DNA of 62,108 nucleotides, the filler included, from Hausera hauseri (taxonomy: Eukaryota), in NCBI GenBank assembly GCA_046269625.1. It is 11 parts of 11 records of this genome, joined end to end, with 100 filler letters (N's around TTAATTAATTAA, not from the genome) between each part and the next. Parts side by side here need not be neighbours in the genome. Positions count along the whole stretch, not along the records: positions 22,751 to 28,462 come from JBJURY010200748.1; positions 28,563 to 32,555 come from JBJURY010833415.1; positions 32,656 to 40,049 come from JBJURY010017343.1; 8 more parts are not named here. One strand, given 5' to 3'. The position numbers and the translations under genes are program-made. The notes under the pieces are model-generated. The model was not told where the DNA came from, searched no databases, and saw only the letters and a list, made by a program, of their open reading frames with translations. Shown in pieces: positions 25,000-37,746 of the stretch; position 1 is the first letter of the stretch, and each line of letters begins with the position of its first letter.

Positions 25000-27900
25000 A
25001 TGACGTCCTGGCGAAATTCCATCAAGAACGGATCCTTAAAAGATCCCGGCCCGCCTCAAAGTTTCGAAAATTACCGATATCCTGGTAACCCAATTCCCGG
25101 TCCACTTCCGGAGAGCTTTCGGTATCTCTTGCTGGTATGTAGTTTGTTTCGTAGGTGCAGTTAGGGAGGTTACACTGTAAGGTAAGGGAGGTATTGTCAT
25201 TTCTACGAAGGCGGAAGGGACAGATAACTCCGGAGGATTCTGAGCTGCTAGGAGATTCTTCTCGTGCTACTCCGAGTCTAGGAGATTTAGATGGGGTACT
25301 GTGTGAGATAGGAGAATCCGGAGCAAGAACAGTGGCGGCTCTTATTTAATTAGGGTCTACTTTAAGGCAGACTTTTCCAGCGGCGAAATGGACCATATAG
25401 TCACAAACGTAGGGTCCACAGTCATTGTAGTTACTGAGGGATTGGTGGTCTTTGTTTAGGTAAAGTCCTTTATAGGAGAGGTTAGGTATGTTGAAAACAG
25501 CTCTGAAGACGTCGACACAGAAGACTAGGAGTTCAGATCCTGCTCTTGAGTATAGTGATTGACGATAGTGATAAAGAAGGTAAAGGGATTCTGTTTTCCT
25601 ATTTATGTAGCCTAAGAGCCAGTGGCCTTCGTTCCATAAGGACATGAAGATTTGGTCAGCAGTGTTGGTTAACGCAGCATCCTCATCTGACATTTTCATG
25701 TGGGCTGTGGCGTCATAGGCGTTCGGGAAAAGTATTTTAAAGAGGGACCAGGATATATACAAGGAGTTGCATCTAAGAGTGGCCTGATAGCCCCAGTAAT
25801 CCATTTCGTCGGTGGAGAACCAAGTAGTTACATCGGGTTTTCTAAGAGCTTTTTTTGTAGAGTTGTTAGGATCCTTAGTCATGTTTTGCAGTGGTGTGTC
25901 GCATGATGATTTTACAATGTCTGAAAAGGTTTTACGAGGTAGGCAGGCAGATTCGGAAGATTTTTGTGTAGTGGCCGCTAAAGAGGAGTGTGAAGATGAG
26001 CTGCTTGCAGAAGACCTTGGCTACTTGAGGACGAGATTGTCAGGATGTCATCATCTGTGCTAGCGCCTATCCTGTTTGTCTGGTTGAAGTTAGTGGTGAC
26101 AGGGTTGTCTAATTTATAAGTATGTGCGACTAGTGTTTGTGGTGGGGCATTGATTGTGGCAATATTAAATTCTATTTTGTTGCTGTTTACTCTGGGTGTG
26201 GATATCATAATTTTATCTATGTGTAAATTCATGATTTATAAATGTTGGTTTCGGGTAGGGTATAGGTCCTATGACTGGAGTACCGACCCGAGTTTCTCCA
26301 TTATTAGATTTAGACGGTAGGGAGTTGTTTGGAGTATTATCGGGCAATTTCGGAGCTTTGAAGGATTTCAGAAGTTCACCCAGAGACGTTTCGAAAGAAG
26401 TGGTTGCATCAGATAGTAGGGTTAAGAAGTTGAGGACGCTCCGACTATCTGGAAAGTACATTATTTTGTGCTTATTTGAAGCACTGTTGTACTTCCGTAA
26501 GAACCTATTCAGGAAGTCAGCAGCCCTCAGCTTCAGCCTGTTGTTTTTAAAGTAAACTGATTTGTTTACGTAGGTGCTATTGTCCTTTTAGAAGAAGTAT
26601 CTAAGAGCTTTAGCAGTGGGTACATACGTAGAGAGTGCACTATGGGTTGAGGCGAGTGCACCATCTAGTGGCCAGGTAAAGCGCGCGTTAGGTGTGGTGA
26701 TCTGTTTAGGTGTCTCCTGTGGCATTGGTGTAGTCTTGTTTTCAATTGGCATAGGTTGAAATGTGGGTAAGGCTGCTTTGTTAGATTGCGGTTTTTCGGG
26801 GAGTAGTTCGGTCGAAGGAAGGTTATTCCTATAGATGTTGGTCTTTGATATTTTGATCTTGTTGGATAAGATGTCAAGTGATTTTAGTGGGTTGGCTGTT
26901 GTTGCATTAGAAAGTAGGGTGAGGAAGGAGAGAATTTGGCTTTTTGATTTGAAGGATGCTGAGGTATATGAGTTTGAAGTTTCCTTATATTTATTTATAA
27001 ATTCATTAGCAAATTTAATTGCTTGCTTTTTAAGATTGGTATCCTTTATCACGACCGATTGACCGACCATGGCACTCGATCCCCTCTTGAAAAAGTAGCG
27101 TAGAGCTCGAACTGAAGGAACGTATTGAAGGAGTCCCGTGTCAGGATTGACTAGGGCGTTCTCGAGAGGCCAGGTGAAGTAGGGTCTATTATCATTTTGA
27201 GCCGTAATGAAGGGTTGTTTATCTTTGGTTTGAGGCTCAGTGTTGGGGTTAATAGTGACACTGTTAATGTCTACTGGGGATTGTTCTTTTAGTGGTTTTG
27301 GTCTTTGTGGATATAGCGATTTAATTTTCAGGGATTCCCAAAGCTTATTGAACGGTTCGGGGATGCGGTCTATTAGGAGCCGTTGTACAGATTTTAGCAG
27401 GAGGAAGATTTGGTGTTTCGTTTCAAATGCAAAGTTAAGTTTTGGGGTGTCCTGACAGAAGGTTGGCATCTTATCTTTTATTGCAAAGATCCGAGAAGAG
27501 AGCTTATTCATAAGAGTCGGGGATAATTTACTTCAATCCATGTTAACGTAGTTGGTAGGTTTTTTCATAAGTAGTCTTTCTAGATCTGCTAATAAGATCG
27601 ATGCCACTGGTGGTAGCGAAACATGCCTATCATAGATGAAGTCTTCCTGATCCTCATCTATAATGTAATTCTTGCTATCTGTGTCTTGGATAGGCAAAAT
27701 CGGGTTTGTTTGAAGTTTATTACATTCATAATACGTTTTGTAAGGTTTAACACATTCAATGATAAATGTGCTGATGGTGTTGACCGAAGGGTTAGCAGAG
27801 AAGTTAGAAGTAAAGGTGGTCAGGTCAGTTAAGGGAACGTAATCCAAGGCGAGGGCTATTGTTTCTATGTATTTAACTAGGATGTATTTATTGCTTATTA

Positions 27901-28435
27901 CTCCTATTTTGAATAATCTCAACTCATTGTGTATCTGAAGTTTAGATCTTATTTTGATTACACTGGTTTTAAGGGATGCCCTTTCTGACTCTTTAAGTTT
28001 GGTAAATGGAAAGGATATCCAGGAGCACATGCTATTGTTAAGGAAAGCTAACAGTTCGGAAGTCCAGTCAAGAGCTGAGTGAAGTTGTTTATGTTGATTT
28101 TTATTTGCATTTTTTGGTGTAGCCTTGTTCATAACCTTCTCAATGTTTAGGATATCAGTTTGTGTTGCCGTGCTTATCATACGTGGTTTGGGCGTTTGGG
28201 TGAATTTAGGTAGTTTCTTGATTGGTTTGGGTCTATATCTGCGGTCGGTATGCTGGGGTTGAGGTGGAGGCTGAAGGACAATAGGTCTTTGGATTGCAGG
28301 AAGAGGGTGATAGTGTGACCAGGAGTATGGTAGTGGTAGTTCAGGGAAGTAGCCTCCACCGGACACAGGAGAGACACATTTGGTGACTTTGACGGGCCTG
28401 AATTTGGTGCGCAGATACTGAGCGTACAGAGTCAA
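25000..28435 (-). pseudogene. Large fragmented ORF with duplicated FTWPL domain and Ulp1/C48 cysteine protease; probably the 5' part of a NeSL-like non-LTR element
   Basis: 25346-25882: WFSTDEMDYW..IFMSLWNEGHWLLGYI..HQSLSNYNDCGPYVC (C48 His/Gln/Cys). Upstream ORF pieces 27533-28435, 26588-27511 and 26213-26461 are collinear. No RT core visible. Confidence 0.65.
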
Positions 28436-28562
28436 GATAAGCGATCTTATATTGATTAATTTNNNNNNNNNNNNNNNNNNNNNNNNNNNNNNNNNNNNNN
28501 NNNNNNTTAATTAATTAANNNNNNNNNNNNNNNNNNNNNNNNNNNNNNNNNNNNNNNNNNNN

Positions 28563-29790
28563 ATTTGCGTATGTTTCTATCTGTTGTTCCTTTGTTCCTA
28601 TCCTCTTAGTGAGCCAGATATTCCATTACCTCAACATGTTCATTCTCGACATTATTATCTCTCGTCTCAGACTTTTTACCACATAAAACGTTGTCATCTG
28701 TGTCTCTCTGAAGAGGTCACTGCTACCGTCTTTTTTCCGTACATTATCATTGTCTTTGGATTCACGCATAATATTCTGCAATCACTTGTCTTTGTCAGCT
28801 TTGCCGTTTTTATTTTGTCAAAAACTTGTTCATAACGTATGCAGCAGCTCCAGTATCCAATAAACGTTTAAATCCCCGATCGTTAATTTGTAGCCATGTT
28901 TTTGTTCGTCCTTGAAAATCATCATACTCAATTCTGTCCTTTGAAATTACACTTATTACTGCTTCGTTAATGCTTTCGTATTCCTTTTGCTGAACTTCAG
29001 TGATTTTCCTGTCATCAGATTGTCTCAGAATTTCATCATTATTCTCCGTAATGTATACACTACTACAATAGTTAACACTTGGGATCGTTCGGGACTTGAT
29101 ACATAAAATTTATTGCATCTACTACTAATATATTTACTACGTTTACAGTCGACTATATTACTTTTACTATTTTTATGTTTAGTTACACTAAAATGTTTTC
29201 CTACACTATGCTATAATTCATTAATTGATTTACTTAGCATGATACCTCTGTCTTTCTCTACAGGAGAGCACGGTCGTTTCTCGATCGGTTCCTTCCAAAG
29301 TCGGATACAGTGTCATCTTCCGAATCACCGCGTGTCCGCGGATATCGTTCACAGGTGTACTCTTTTGTGGGTCTGATTGTTCTGCATCTTCGGCATATCT
29401 TACATCGCGGTAGATCGCATTTGTTGCGTATTCTCGTTGTTCAAGACGTCTTTGGTAGCACCTCAATCCCAGGTGTCCGTTCCTTCTGCGGTGAGAACAT
29501 TTCACATATGGGCAGTTTTCCGAATGGGACCCTCTACATGGCATGAATAGCACTGCCTACCTGTGCCATTTGTTATTTTCACTGTCGGACAGTCTTTTCT
29601 GATGTCCCTCTTTGTAACAATTCCAGCAATCGGTCGATTTCTAGAATCGGTTTTGTGGCTTTTGGACCGTGTCATGCTGTCGTCTTTTTGCTTGTTTATC
29701 TTTCAGTATTTTACTGTCTGTTTATTGGTATGTTACCCGCATTCTTTCGAATTAATTTATACAGAATTAATATTCAGTAACCCATATTAA
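28563..29790 (-). pseudogene. LTR retrotransposon gag-protease remnant
   Basis: Degenerate zinc knuckles (CRGSH..CPYVKCSH..GHLGLRC) and aspartic protease LLDTGAA at about 28843-28863. Confidence 0.6.
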
Positions 29791-30996
29791 TAGTTTTATA
29801 ACCTAACGTTTATCCTTAACCCAAAGGAACAATGACAATTAACGACGATAAACTAGCGAAGAAATACACCATTTTGAACTTATTAACATCATTCTATTCA
29901 ATTACAACACATTGTAATGTCTAATATTTTGAATTTCCAGTTCACTTGAGCAATTATAGCAATATGTTCAAATATTTAGTATATAAATTAACTTTTCATG
30001 TTAAAGTATGACAAAGTCAAAATTTACTATTAAGAATTAGTTCTGCAATATGAATGGTCAAAGCTGATATTGATCCATTTAAAAGTAGATGAAAATTTCA
30101 ACTTCCGTTTGCATTATTTTCACTCGTACAAAGAAATTGTTAGTCTTTTCGTCTCGGCAAAGCGGCTGCAAAAATATACCCTAAAATCAGCCATCCAATA
30201 ATCTGAGACGCGTAAGAGTATGAGCGTTTCATTTCTTTAGGAAAAGGTTTTTGGAGATAATTTTTTTTAGTATTTTGTGAACAAACGTTGAAGAGACAGT
30301 TGCTAAGTCAACTAAAATTTATATTCATAGAACAATATATCAGACTGAGTGTTGAAATATGATCTCCTAACTTACCATTTCTACTATTCACCTTTGTAGT
30401 ACATTTTTAAGATACATTGATATTGAATTTCAACCACCGTCTGATACACTTGTTTATACGTTTGACGAAAATTGAAAATTTGTCAATGGTATAAGTTGTG
30501 GTACTTTTAATATACTGACTTTCATTTTTACTGATATGACTATTTATACAATTAGTAAGCATTTCCTTGATACTTTTACCACCTTGTGATTTTATGACGA
30601 ATACTTTATTTCAACAATTTTATCCGGACAAAATAGCGTTTATTCTCGTTTTATTCTTAAATGTAAAACTAACTGTCTAATAAACAGTCAATTTATAAAG
30701 TTATTGACACCCATTATCAGAGCCTTACTGAATTCTCTATGATTGTAGAAAGAGTAAAAGCATCATGAAATTTTGGATCCAATTCAAAAGGAATTTGTTC
30801 ACGGAAAAAGATGTTGAACAAAATGTCTTAATAAATATGACTTCATTGTTCACTATATTACAATTATTAATAAATAATTTTAAAAAAATTTTACAGACAT
30901 AATACACAAGTGCATCTATGCAGTATTTTTGATTTCGTTAATGTCTAAAAAAGGCGACATTGTTTAAATTTTTATTTACGTGGTCGTTTCAAGTAA

Positions 30997-31482
30997 ATGA
31001 AAGAACTTAGTGGGATTTTTATTTGTACACTATTATACTTCATAGTAAGGTTGTTTGTTTTAATTTCAAATTAATATTCTTGCTACAGGACAATGTTTTA
31101 TCAGATAGTTGCAATTATCTTGGATTTTCTTCCGAATTAAAATGCGAAAAATGCACTGAGTTGAATCAGTTCAATTTACATTTTCTCCAATCAAATTGCA
31201 ACAAATGTTGTAATAAATCCTCAACAAAAAAATCTCATTGTCAAATATCATTTTGCCGAGTTAGAGTCCTGTGGATGACAATTGAGCAGATTTACACAGA
31301 TAGAAGCCTTCATTAAAGGCATTCAGTCGGTGAAGTTTCCAAATGTCGAAGTCAAATACATTCGAGGTGCTGTCCCATTAATTAGATTGTTGGACCACCA
31401 GAAAACTGTAATTGAAGAGTTGGGTATCGAAAAGTGGGATACAAACACAATCATCGAGTTCTTTCGTGAACGACTTATTTGA
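30997..31482 (+). CDS. SELENOF: Selenoprotein F (Sep15): exon 1 30997-31044, intron 31045-31088, Sec TGA 31276-31278, +1 A in homopolymer at about 31226-31232
   Basis: Signal peptide MKELSGIFICTLLYFI/DNVLS; Cys-rich CNYLGFSSELKCEKC..CNKCC; ELESCG-U-QLSRF; VKYIRGAVPLIRLLD..EELGIEKWDTNTIIEFFRERL; downstream SECIS. Confidence 0.92.
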
Positions 31483-31505
31483 GCATCTAGTGATTTTACC
31501 TTTTG

Positions 31506-31571
31506 TTCTCCATAATGACGCATTGTTGGTCAATATTATACTTAATATCCAGCACTGCTGATGTAGGAGAA
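31506..31571 (+). promoter_or_regulatory. SECIS element (form 2)
   Basis: ttctccata-ATGA-c-gcattgttgg-tcAA-tatta(tact)taata-t-ccagcactgc-TGAT-gtaggagaa: GA/GA quartet, helix II, apical AA and mini-stem. Confidence 0.88.
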
Positions 31572-32655
31572 TGTTTTGATATCAGTATTTTGCAGTCGAA
31601 GTTCGCCTATTCAAATATTTTCTGCAATATTATTAAATAAATTTTCTTATTTGGCTTTAAATTTATTAACTTTATATTTATCCAAATATTGAAAATTTTA
31701 ATGGCAATTTATTCTTAAACAAAATCGTACGACATTTTACCGATATTTTTTATTAATTTTGACTGAACTGCAGTTATCAATAACTGGAAAACAGCTGTAA
31801 AAAATAAACATTGATAAGGAAAGTCTTCTATGACGCACTGCATTGTGCTTACACACTATTCCACCGAAATCCATGATTCAATGTATAAATTGATAAACGT
31901 GTTTGGTTAATGTTCAGAAATTCTTAGCCGACAGACAGAACTTGCTTATATGTTGATTTTGGTCTTGTTTTTTTAATAAATAAAGGTGACGTGCAGTTGC
32001 CGAAAAGATTCAAAGTAAGGAACGACAAGAATGACCGTTTGTTGAGGTTGAGATTTTCTTTTGTAGCGTTTCCCTGTATCTTGATATTGTTATATTCCGG
32101 TGATGGATTGTTTTTTTGCCTCGATCTCAGTGCCTTCTTTGATAATAATGCTGTCATGCTACTTGATTGATAGTTTCCTTGGTAATCCGTTTTTCTGAAG
32201 TAAATCAGCAAGAATATTTTTACTTTTACTGCCTTTTTCAGTGTTGATAAAAATTACAATAAGCGAAACAATAGTCCATTCACAAAAACGCATGGGGCTT
32301 GTGTATAAACCTGCATCGGTTTGTTTACGATAAACTTCTAATTCATAATTTCACTAAAATTATGAAACATAAACTGGTCACGAAGCAGTAATATTTTTCT
32401 AGGTGTATCGGTTATAGTGTTTGTATTATGTTCTGCGGAAATAACAAATATTTGATCTAAATTATGTGGTCACCGATGTGTATGGACTAAATTTAAACAT
32501 GAGAGAATGTGATTGCTAATTAGACGAATACGTTGACAGAAAACACTAAAAATCGNNNNNNNNNNNNNNNNNNNNNNNNNNNNNNNNNNNNNNNNNNNNT
32601 TAATTAATTAANNNNNNNNNNNNNNNNNNNNNNNNNNNNNNNNNNNNNNNNNNNN

Positions 32656-33266
32656 CGTTAAGGAGATGGCGATATTGCGAATAGTTTCTCGGCTAATTGT
32701 TGGGGGCAGCCAATGTAGGACCCCTTTCTTTCTTTGTCTCTCTTCGTGTTCGACGAAGACGCTCATTCGGTCATTGTATTCGAACCTTTTGCCGTGCAGG
32801 CCCTCAAAATGTTTGAGGTGTGCAGCAGAGGTAAGGGTGGCGAACCACTTGTTACGGTCCGCAAGTCTGTACAGCGTTGCGATGCCAGAAATTCCAACCT
32901 CTCCTGGACCCGCTAGTACTGCAGTCATATTGGCGTAGGTGGCCCGGTAAGCGTCTGGCCCAGACACCGTCAAGATTAGTGTTCCAGGCCGGTGCAGCTT
33001 ACCTCCTGCTAGTTCGTTGCTCCAATCTATTGTAATGGATGGGATTTGAACAACCATTTTCTACCAGTAGTGAAATAGTGCAGTAAATCTTCCGAGATGA
33101 AAGGAGACAACAGTTCTATGACCACAAATTGTTAATGAGATTCTAAAATGTATCACTACTTACAGCAAAATATTCAGAAAGTGTGACAATAATTTGTGAA
33201 AGTGTTTTACCGTTTTTTCTGTTACGGACATATTAAAAGGAAAACGTAAGTAACGATAAGAACAGA
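32656..33266 (-). mobile_element. 5' end (UTR plus ORF1 start at 33057) of a second, diverged Keno-like Tx1 element
   Basis: ORF1 GGKLHRPGTLILTVSGP..TLYR..KWFATLTSAAHLKH..LHWLPP is homologous to 37747-38877. Begins with the U2-derived TCTGTTCTTATC. Confidence 0.85.
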
Positions 33267-33519
33267 TTTTTTTTTTTTTTCAATCACCTTTATTAACACT
33301 TGTGTGTTACAATATCATAAGTAATACAATAACATTCTTGATGATATTGCACGCGTGAACATGGTAGTGTGATGTGAATGATGATACTCGTAGTATGAAG
33401 ATGAGAGCCATGAGGAGTATAATACAAGCGTGAATGGTGAAAATGATCTGTATAATATAAATGAGAATGATGGCCTAAATGGTATCTATGAGACATATGA
33501 AGATGATAAATCAGAATAC

Positions 33520-33665
33520 TAGTAGCAACAATAACAACAACAGCAGCAAAAACAATGACAGCAACAATAACAACAGCAGCAGCAATAACAACGATAGCAA
33601 CAATAACAATGACAACAACAATAACAACGACAGTAGCTTCAATATAAACAATATCATTACAACAG
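33520..33665. repeat. (AAC/AAT/AGC)n trinucleotide tract in the element's 3' UTR
   Basis: aacaataacaacaacagcagc iterations. Confidence 0.85.
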
Positions 33666-33788
33666 CATAAATCTCGCAAGCAGATAGTCGTGTGCACCAA
33701 GACGTGCAGACGACATGTCATCTACTGACGGGTATTACTATATGAGTAGCAACTTGCAATTGGGGCGCCTGCAACGGACATGTCCCCG

Positions 33789-36700
33789 CTACTGAACAAT
33801 GTCAGACGTTTGTTGTTTGAAGATATTTAGAAACAGATTCGGGTTATATACCCGTTTTTCATACATTGCTTTATTGCGACAAATCCACACCAAACGCCTG
33901 AATTCGGCCAGAAGCCGCAACAGTCTGTCACAAACACTCAAGTTGGACACAGGAAGGACATTCAAAAAAATGCATTTATATAGATTGACTTGCATCTGAA
34001 GATGTTTGTGTAATGTTCGTTTAATAAACACCAATGTGGGTATCACTGTTCTACATGTGTAATATATATGTGTTTCATTTTCCTGTATGTTTTCATTACA
34101 CAGCTTACACTTGGCGATGTGCTGTGCTCGGTGTGCTTCTGTTTGGGTTGTGGGTGTCATGTTATAAAGTAATCGAAATGTTATTTCTCGTGACTTTGGT
34201 GAAATGTTGATTTTGTGAAGATTTGTAAAAGTTTCTGTGTAATCTGTTATCCCAAAATCTGTACCCCATTTGATACGAAGAACCAGTGGCGGTGCTTGTT
34301 TTTGTACTAGTTGTTTGTAAATCTGGCTTGTTGTCTGTCCCACCAACTGCTGGTTGTTTTGTAAACTATCCACACACTCTTGATAAAATTTTGGCAACTG
34401 ACCATAAAAATGAGGCATAGCATTGTTTACCCTACACAGTCTGGATATCCTAAGCCCTATGTAGTAGTGAGCTAGTGGGTACAGTGATGCGTGTCTGATT
34501 ATGTCTCCTACGTGTTTGATTCTCAAAGCTTGTAGTTTAGTAGTAATATCTTGTAAGGCTATGCCTCCTTTCTTTTTGTCCTGAATCAGTGTTTTGTGTT
34601 GTATACTGTGTATGGTGTGTAAAAAAATAAATCTCCTAATGTTAATGTTTATTTCGTGAATGAATTTACGGGGTGGTGAAAATATGGTCATTGCGTATAC
34701 TAATTTGGGTAATACGAATGTGTTAACTACTGTACTTCTACCAAAAATTGTTGTTGTCTTGTATCTGTATCTTCCTAGCGTGTCGATAATGTTTGCTGTT
34801 ATGTTAACCCACATGGCTCTATTGTTATTATGTGGGTCCGCCTGGTAATCTACGCCGTATATCTTTAATTTGTTACATTGCCTCAGTGGAAGTAAAAAGT
34901 CCTCTTTGTCTTTCCACGAACCTATACCCATTATGGACGATTTGGAGACGTTGAGTTTCGCTTGGCTGGCTTTCCCGAATTCTGTGAATGCGTCCAGAAT
35001 GTTATTAACGGAAGTCTCAGAAGTAGGAAAGAACGCCGTGTCATCAGCGTAAGCCATTGCCTTCCGCTCCCCAGCCCCTGGTATGAACACACCCTTTATT
35101 TGGGTGTCTCGTCTGATTTTCTCCAAAACTGGTTCAAGAACGAGTACATACAGCAGGGGTGACAAGGGACACCCTTGCCTAACAGACCGTGTTAACGGGA
35201 AGGGGTCTGTGAGAGTATGATTAACTAAAAGTTGACTCACAGCCTCCCTGTATATTATAGCAATCCAGCGGCGGAAATTGTCGCCGAAATTACAGTGTCT
35301 TAGCATTTCATGCAGAAACGTGTGGGACACTCGATCAAAAGCTTTCTCTTGATCTAGTGAGAGGACTGCTGCTTGTATGTTTTTCTGATGTGTGTATTCT
35401 ATAATGTCTCGTAAAAAATGCGTGTGGCGCGTGATATTTCTGTTGGGTACGCTGCATTGTTGGTCTTCATGGACTAGAGTGTGTATAACTGATTTGAGTT
35501 TGTTGACTAATGCCTTAGCTAGTATTTTGTAATCTGTATTTAGTAAAGAAATCGGCCTATAGTTACTAATCGTGCCCTTGTCTGTATTACTCTTTGGGAT
35601 GAGTGTGATGTATGCTTGGTAGAACGTCTGTGGGAGTTTGTTGTCTGTGAATGATTGTAGTAAGACTTTAACTAAAAATGGGCCAATCAGGGGAAAAAAA
35701 TATTGATAAAACTCTGCAGTTAGGCCATCTGGGCCTGGAGATTTGTCTTTTTGAAAGGAATTTACGGCAACCTGCAGGTCACTAAGTGTTAACTGAGTGT
35801 CTAAGGCTTGCTTGTCTGTACTGGTGAGCTGTTTTGTATAACCCAAAAACTCTTCTTGCGCCTTAAGATCCGTATTCTCTGTAGTGTACAAGTTAGAGTA
35901 ATATTCATAGAATGCTTGTCCTATACTCATATTGTCGGACTGCATGTGGCCCGTCACATCGGCTACTTGTTGTATGTGTCTACTTTTGTGTATGTTCTGT
36001 TCAATTCCTAAGTATTGTTTGCTGGGTATTTCCTGTGTAATGGTGTAAAGTTTTGTCCTAAGTAATGCACCTTTAAAAATGTGTTGGTGTTGTAAATCTA
36101 GCTCTTCCTGTAGTGTATGTATATGTGGGGACTGTGGATCTACCTGCTTTGCGAGTTTAATGGATTGTTCTAATTTGCGAATGCTGGCTCGTCTATCTTT
36201 GTTTATTTGTGTTACTAATAATTGCGCCCTACTTCTAACAGTTCTTTTGAACAGTTCCCAATGCTCTATGATATTTTCTACTGGTAACTCTTGCACATAT
36301 GATTTTATTAATTGTGTCATATGTTGGGTAAAGTCGCAATTGTCGAGAAGCGTGCTGTTAAATTTCCAATGTGGTGACCTTTTGTTGTGAGCGCTGTTTA
36401 CTGGTGCGTTGAAAATGACTTGTATGGCCTTGTGATCAGTGAAGCTAAGAGTTTGCTTAATGTGTTTAACGTATGACACTGGTAAACTATCCGAGGCATA
36501 AATCCTATCTAAACGGGCTGCCCTGCTTGTAGCTACGTGTGTTTTGTTGACATGTGTTGTGTCCCTCCCTTGTGGTTGCGCCTGTCTATATGTGTCAATC
36601 AAATCATGCGTTTGGAGTATTAAATTTAACGTTTCTAACTGGGACGGGTTCTCCCTATTAGCTCGTATCGTCTGGGCTGTAAGCAGTCCACCTACGAGAT

Positions 36701-37163
36701 CATGGTCTGTGAGCACACAATTAAAATCTCCGCCCATGACAATACTGTGACCTCGGTAATGTGTACTGAGCAGATTCGAGAGTTCCTCATAAAATTGAGG
36801 TTGCTCTCTGCGTTCTGCAGGGGCGTATATATTGACTAAGGTGTGAGTGGTATTGCGTTGAGTTGCGTGTTTGATTTGTGCGATGGCAATCCTGCCGTCT
36901 CTGTCTGCGTACGTGTGTTTTATTATCCAATCTTCCGATGTGATCAGTATAGCTGTTCCTGTGTGTTTTGTCCCTAGTGCAAAATGGCTATATCGTATGC
37001 CTAGCTGCGTAGTGAGTGTACGTGCTTCGTGAAGTGTTGTTGTGTGTGTCTCTTGTAGAAAAATAATGTCGGATTTGTATGTATGTATCATCTCTATAAT
37101 TTTGTCAACTTTACATCTCAAACCACGAATATTAACACTAACAATGCATAACTTGGCATTCAT
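33789..37163 (-). CDS. ORF2: APE endonuclease, reverse transcriptase and C-terminal zinc knuckle; intact, 1124 aa
   Basis: SVNIRG, FLQETH, NIYAP, GGDFN, RLDRIY, TDH; KSPGPDG, YRPISLLN, LDQEKAFDRV, RQGCPLSP, AYADD; CKLC..ETHIYYTC. Confidence 0.97.
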   Translation of the reverse strand: MNAKLCIVSVNIRGLRCKVDKIIEMIHTYKSDIIFLQETHTTTLHEARTLTTQLGIRYSHFALGTKHTGTAILITSEDWIIKHTYADRDGRIAIAQIKHATQRNTTHTLVNIYAPAERREQPQFYEELSNLLSTHYRGHSIVMGGDFNCVLTDHDLVGGLLTAQTIRANRENPSQLETLNLILQTHDLIDTYRQAQPQGRDTTHVNKTHVATSRAARLDRIYASDSLPVSYVKHIKQTLSFTDHKAIQVIFNAPVNSAHNKRSPHWKFNSTLLDNCDFTQHMTQLIKSYVQELPVENIIEHWELFKRTVRSRAQLLVTQINKDRRASIRKLEQSIKLAKQVDPQSPHIHTLQEELDLQHQHIFKGALLRTKLYTITQEIPSKQYLGIEQNIHKSRHIQQVADVTGHMQSDNMSIGQAFYEYYSNLYTTENTDLKAQEEFLGYTKQLTSTDKQALDTQLTLSDLQVAVNSFQKDKSPGPDGLTAEFYQYFFPLIGPFLVKVLLQSFTDNKLPQTFYQAYITLIPKSNTDKGTISNYRPISLLNTDYKILAKALVNKLKSVIHTLVHEDQQCSVPNRNITRHTHFLRDIIEYTHQKNIQAAVLSLDQEKAFDRVSHTFLHEMLRHCNFGDNFRRWIAIIYREAVSQLLVNHTLTDPFPLTRSVRQGCPLSPLLYVLVLEPVLEKIRRDTQIKGVFIPGAGERKAMAYADDTAFFPTSETSVNNILDAFTEFGKASQAKLNVSKSSIMGIGSWKDKEDFLLPLRQCNKLKIYGVDYQADPHNNNRAMWVNITANIIDTLGRYRYKTTTIFGRSTVVNTFVLPKLVYAMTIFSPPRKFIHEININIRRFIFLHTIHSIQHKTLIQDKKKGGIALQDITTKLQALRIKHVGDIIRHASLYPLAHYYIGLRISRLCRVNNAMPHFYGQLPKFYQECVDSLQNNQQLVGQTTSQIYKQLVQKQAPPLVLRIKWGTDFGITDYTETFTNLHKINISPKSREITFRLLYNMTPTTQTEAHRAQHIAKCKLCNENIQENETHIYYTCRTVIPTLVFIKRTLHKHLQMQVNLYKCIFLNVLPVSNLSVCDRLLRLLAEFRRLVWICRNKAMYEKRVYNPNLFLNIFKQQTSDIVQ

Positions 37164-37746
37164 AGTTAAGTATTTAAGGGAGATAATGTTCCACTATAAC
37201 AGAATTGATACAGACATAAATAAATACAGTGTACACGTTATTATTCATCATTGAACTCATGGTAACAATAAACAAGACCAATGAATTCACCAATAACCTT
37301 ACATTCTGCAATCATGCTCATAATTCTATCTGTTGCACATATACAGTGCTCCATTGCCTGATACATTACTCCATACACATGTACATCAGGCGGAGAACAG
37401 GCATCCATTCTATCACTCATACACAGGACTGTTGGTGTGGCACCAATAATGTGTGGGAAAGCAGGACCCTTCCAGCATGAGCGTGCCTCAGTTGAGAAAG
37501 AAATGGATAGTGTGATAGGAGGCTGAGCCTGGCAAGAAATGACAGTTCCAAGAATCCGCCACACAGATACATCGGAAGACATTAGAAGGCGTATCAGAAA
37601 ATAAAGAAAAATGCTCACAACAAGTCATGAAAGAATGAGAAAGAAGAAGAATGGAGTATCTATGACACTGTGTAAGTATAACACAATAACATTGCATTAA
37701 TCTAAGTTATGTTCGCAGTTACAATATTACGCAATCGTCGTAATAA

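Noticed and set aside
28430-28462. taagatcgctt resembling the U2 5' end (Utopia-like target)
   Set aside because: Only about 7 nt match and the sister copy differs (taagatcgagt).
29800-32555. Possible additional host exons flanking SELENOF (e.g. 31924-32211 minus)
   Set aside because: No recognisable domain or consistent splice model by eye.
33293-33721. Hydrophobic V/I/A-rich ORF and antisense poly-N/S ORF
   Set aside because: Products of the trinucleotide tract in the retrotransposon 3' UTR.
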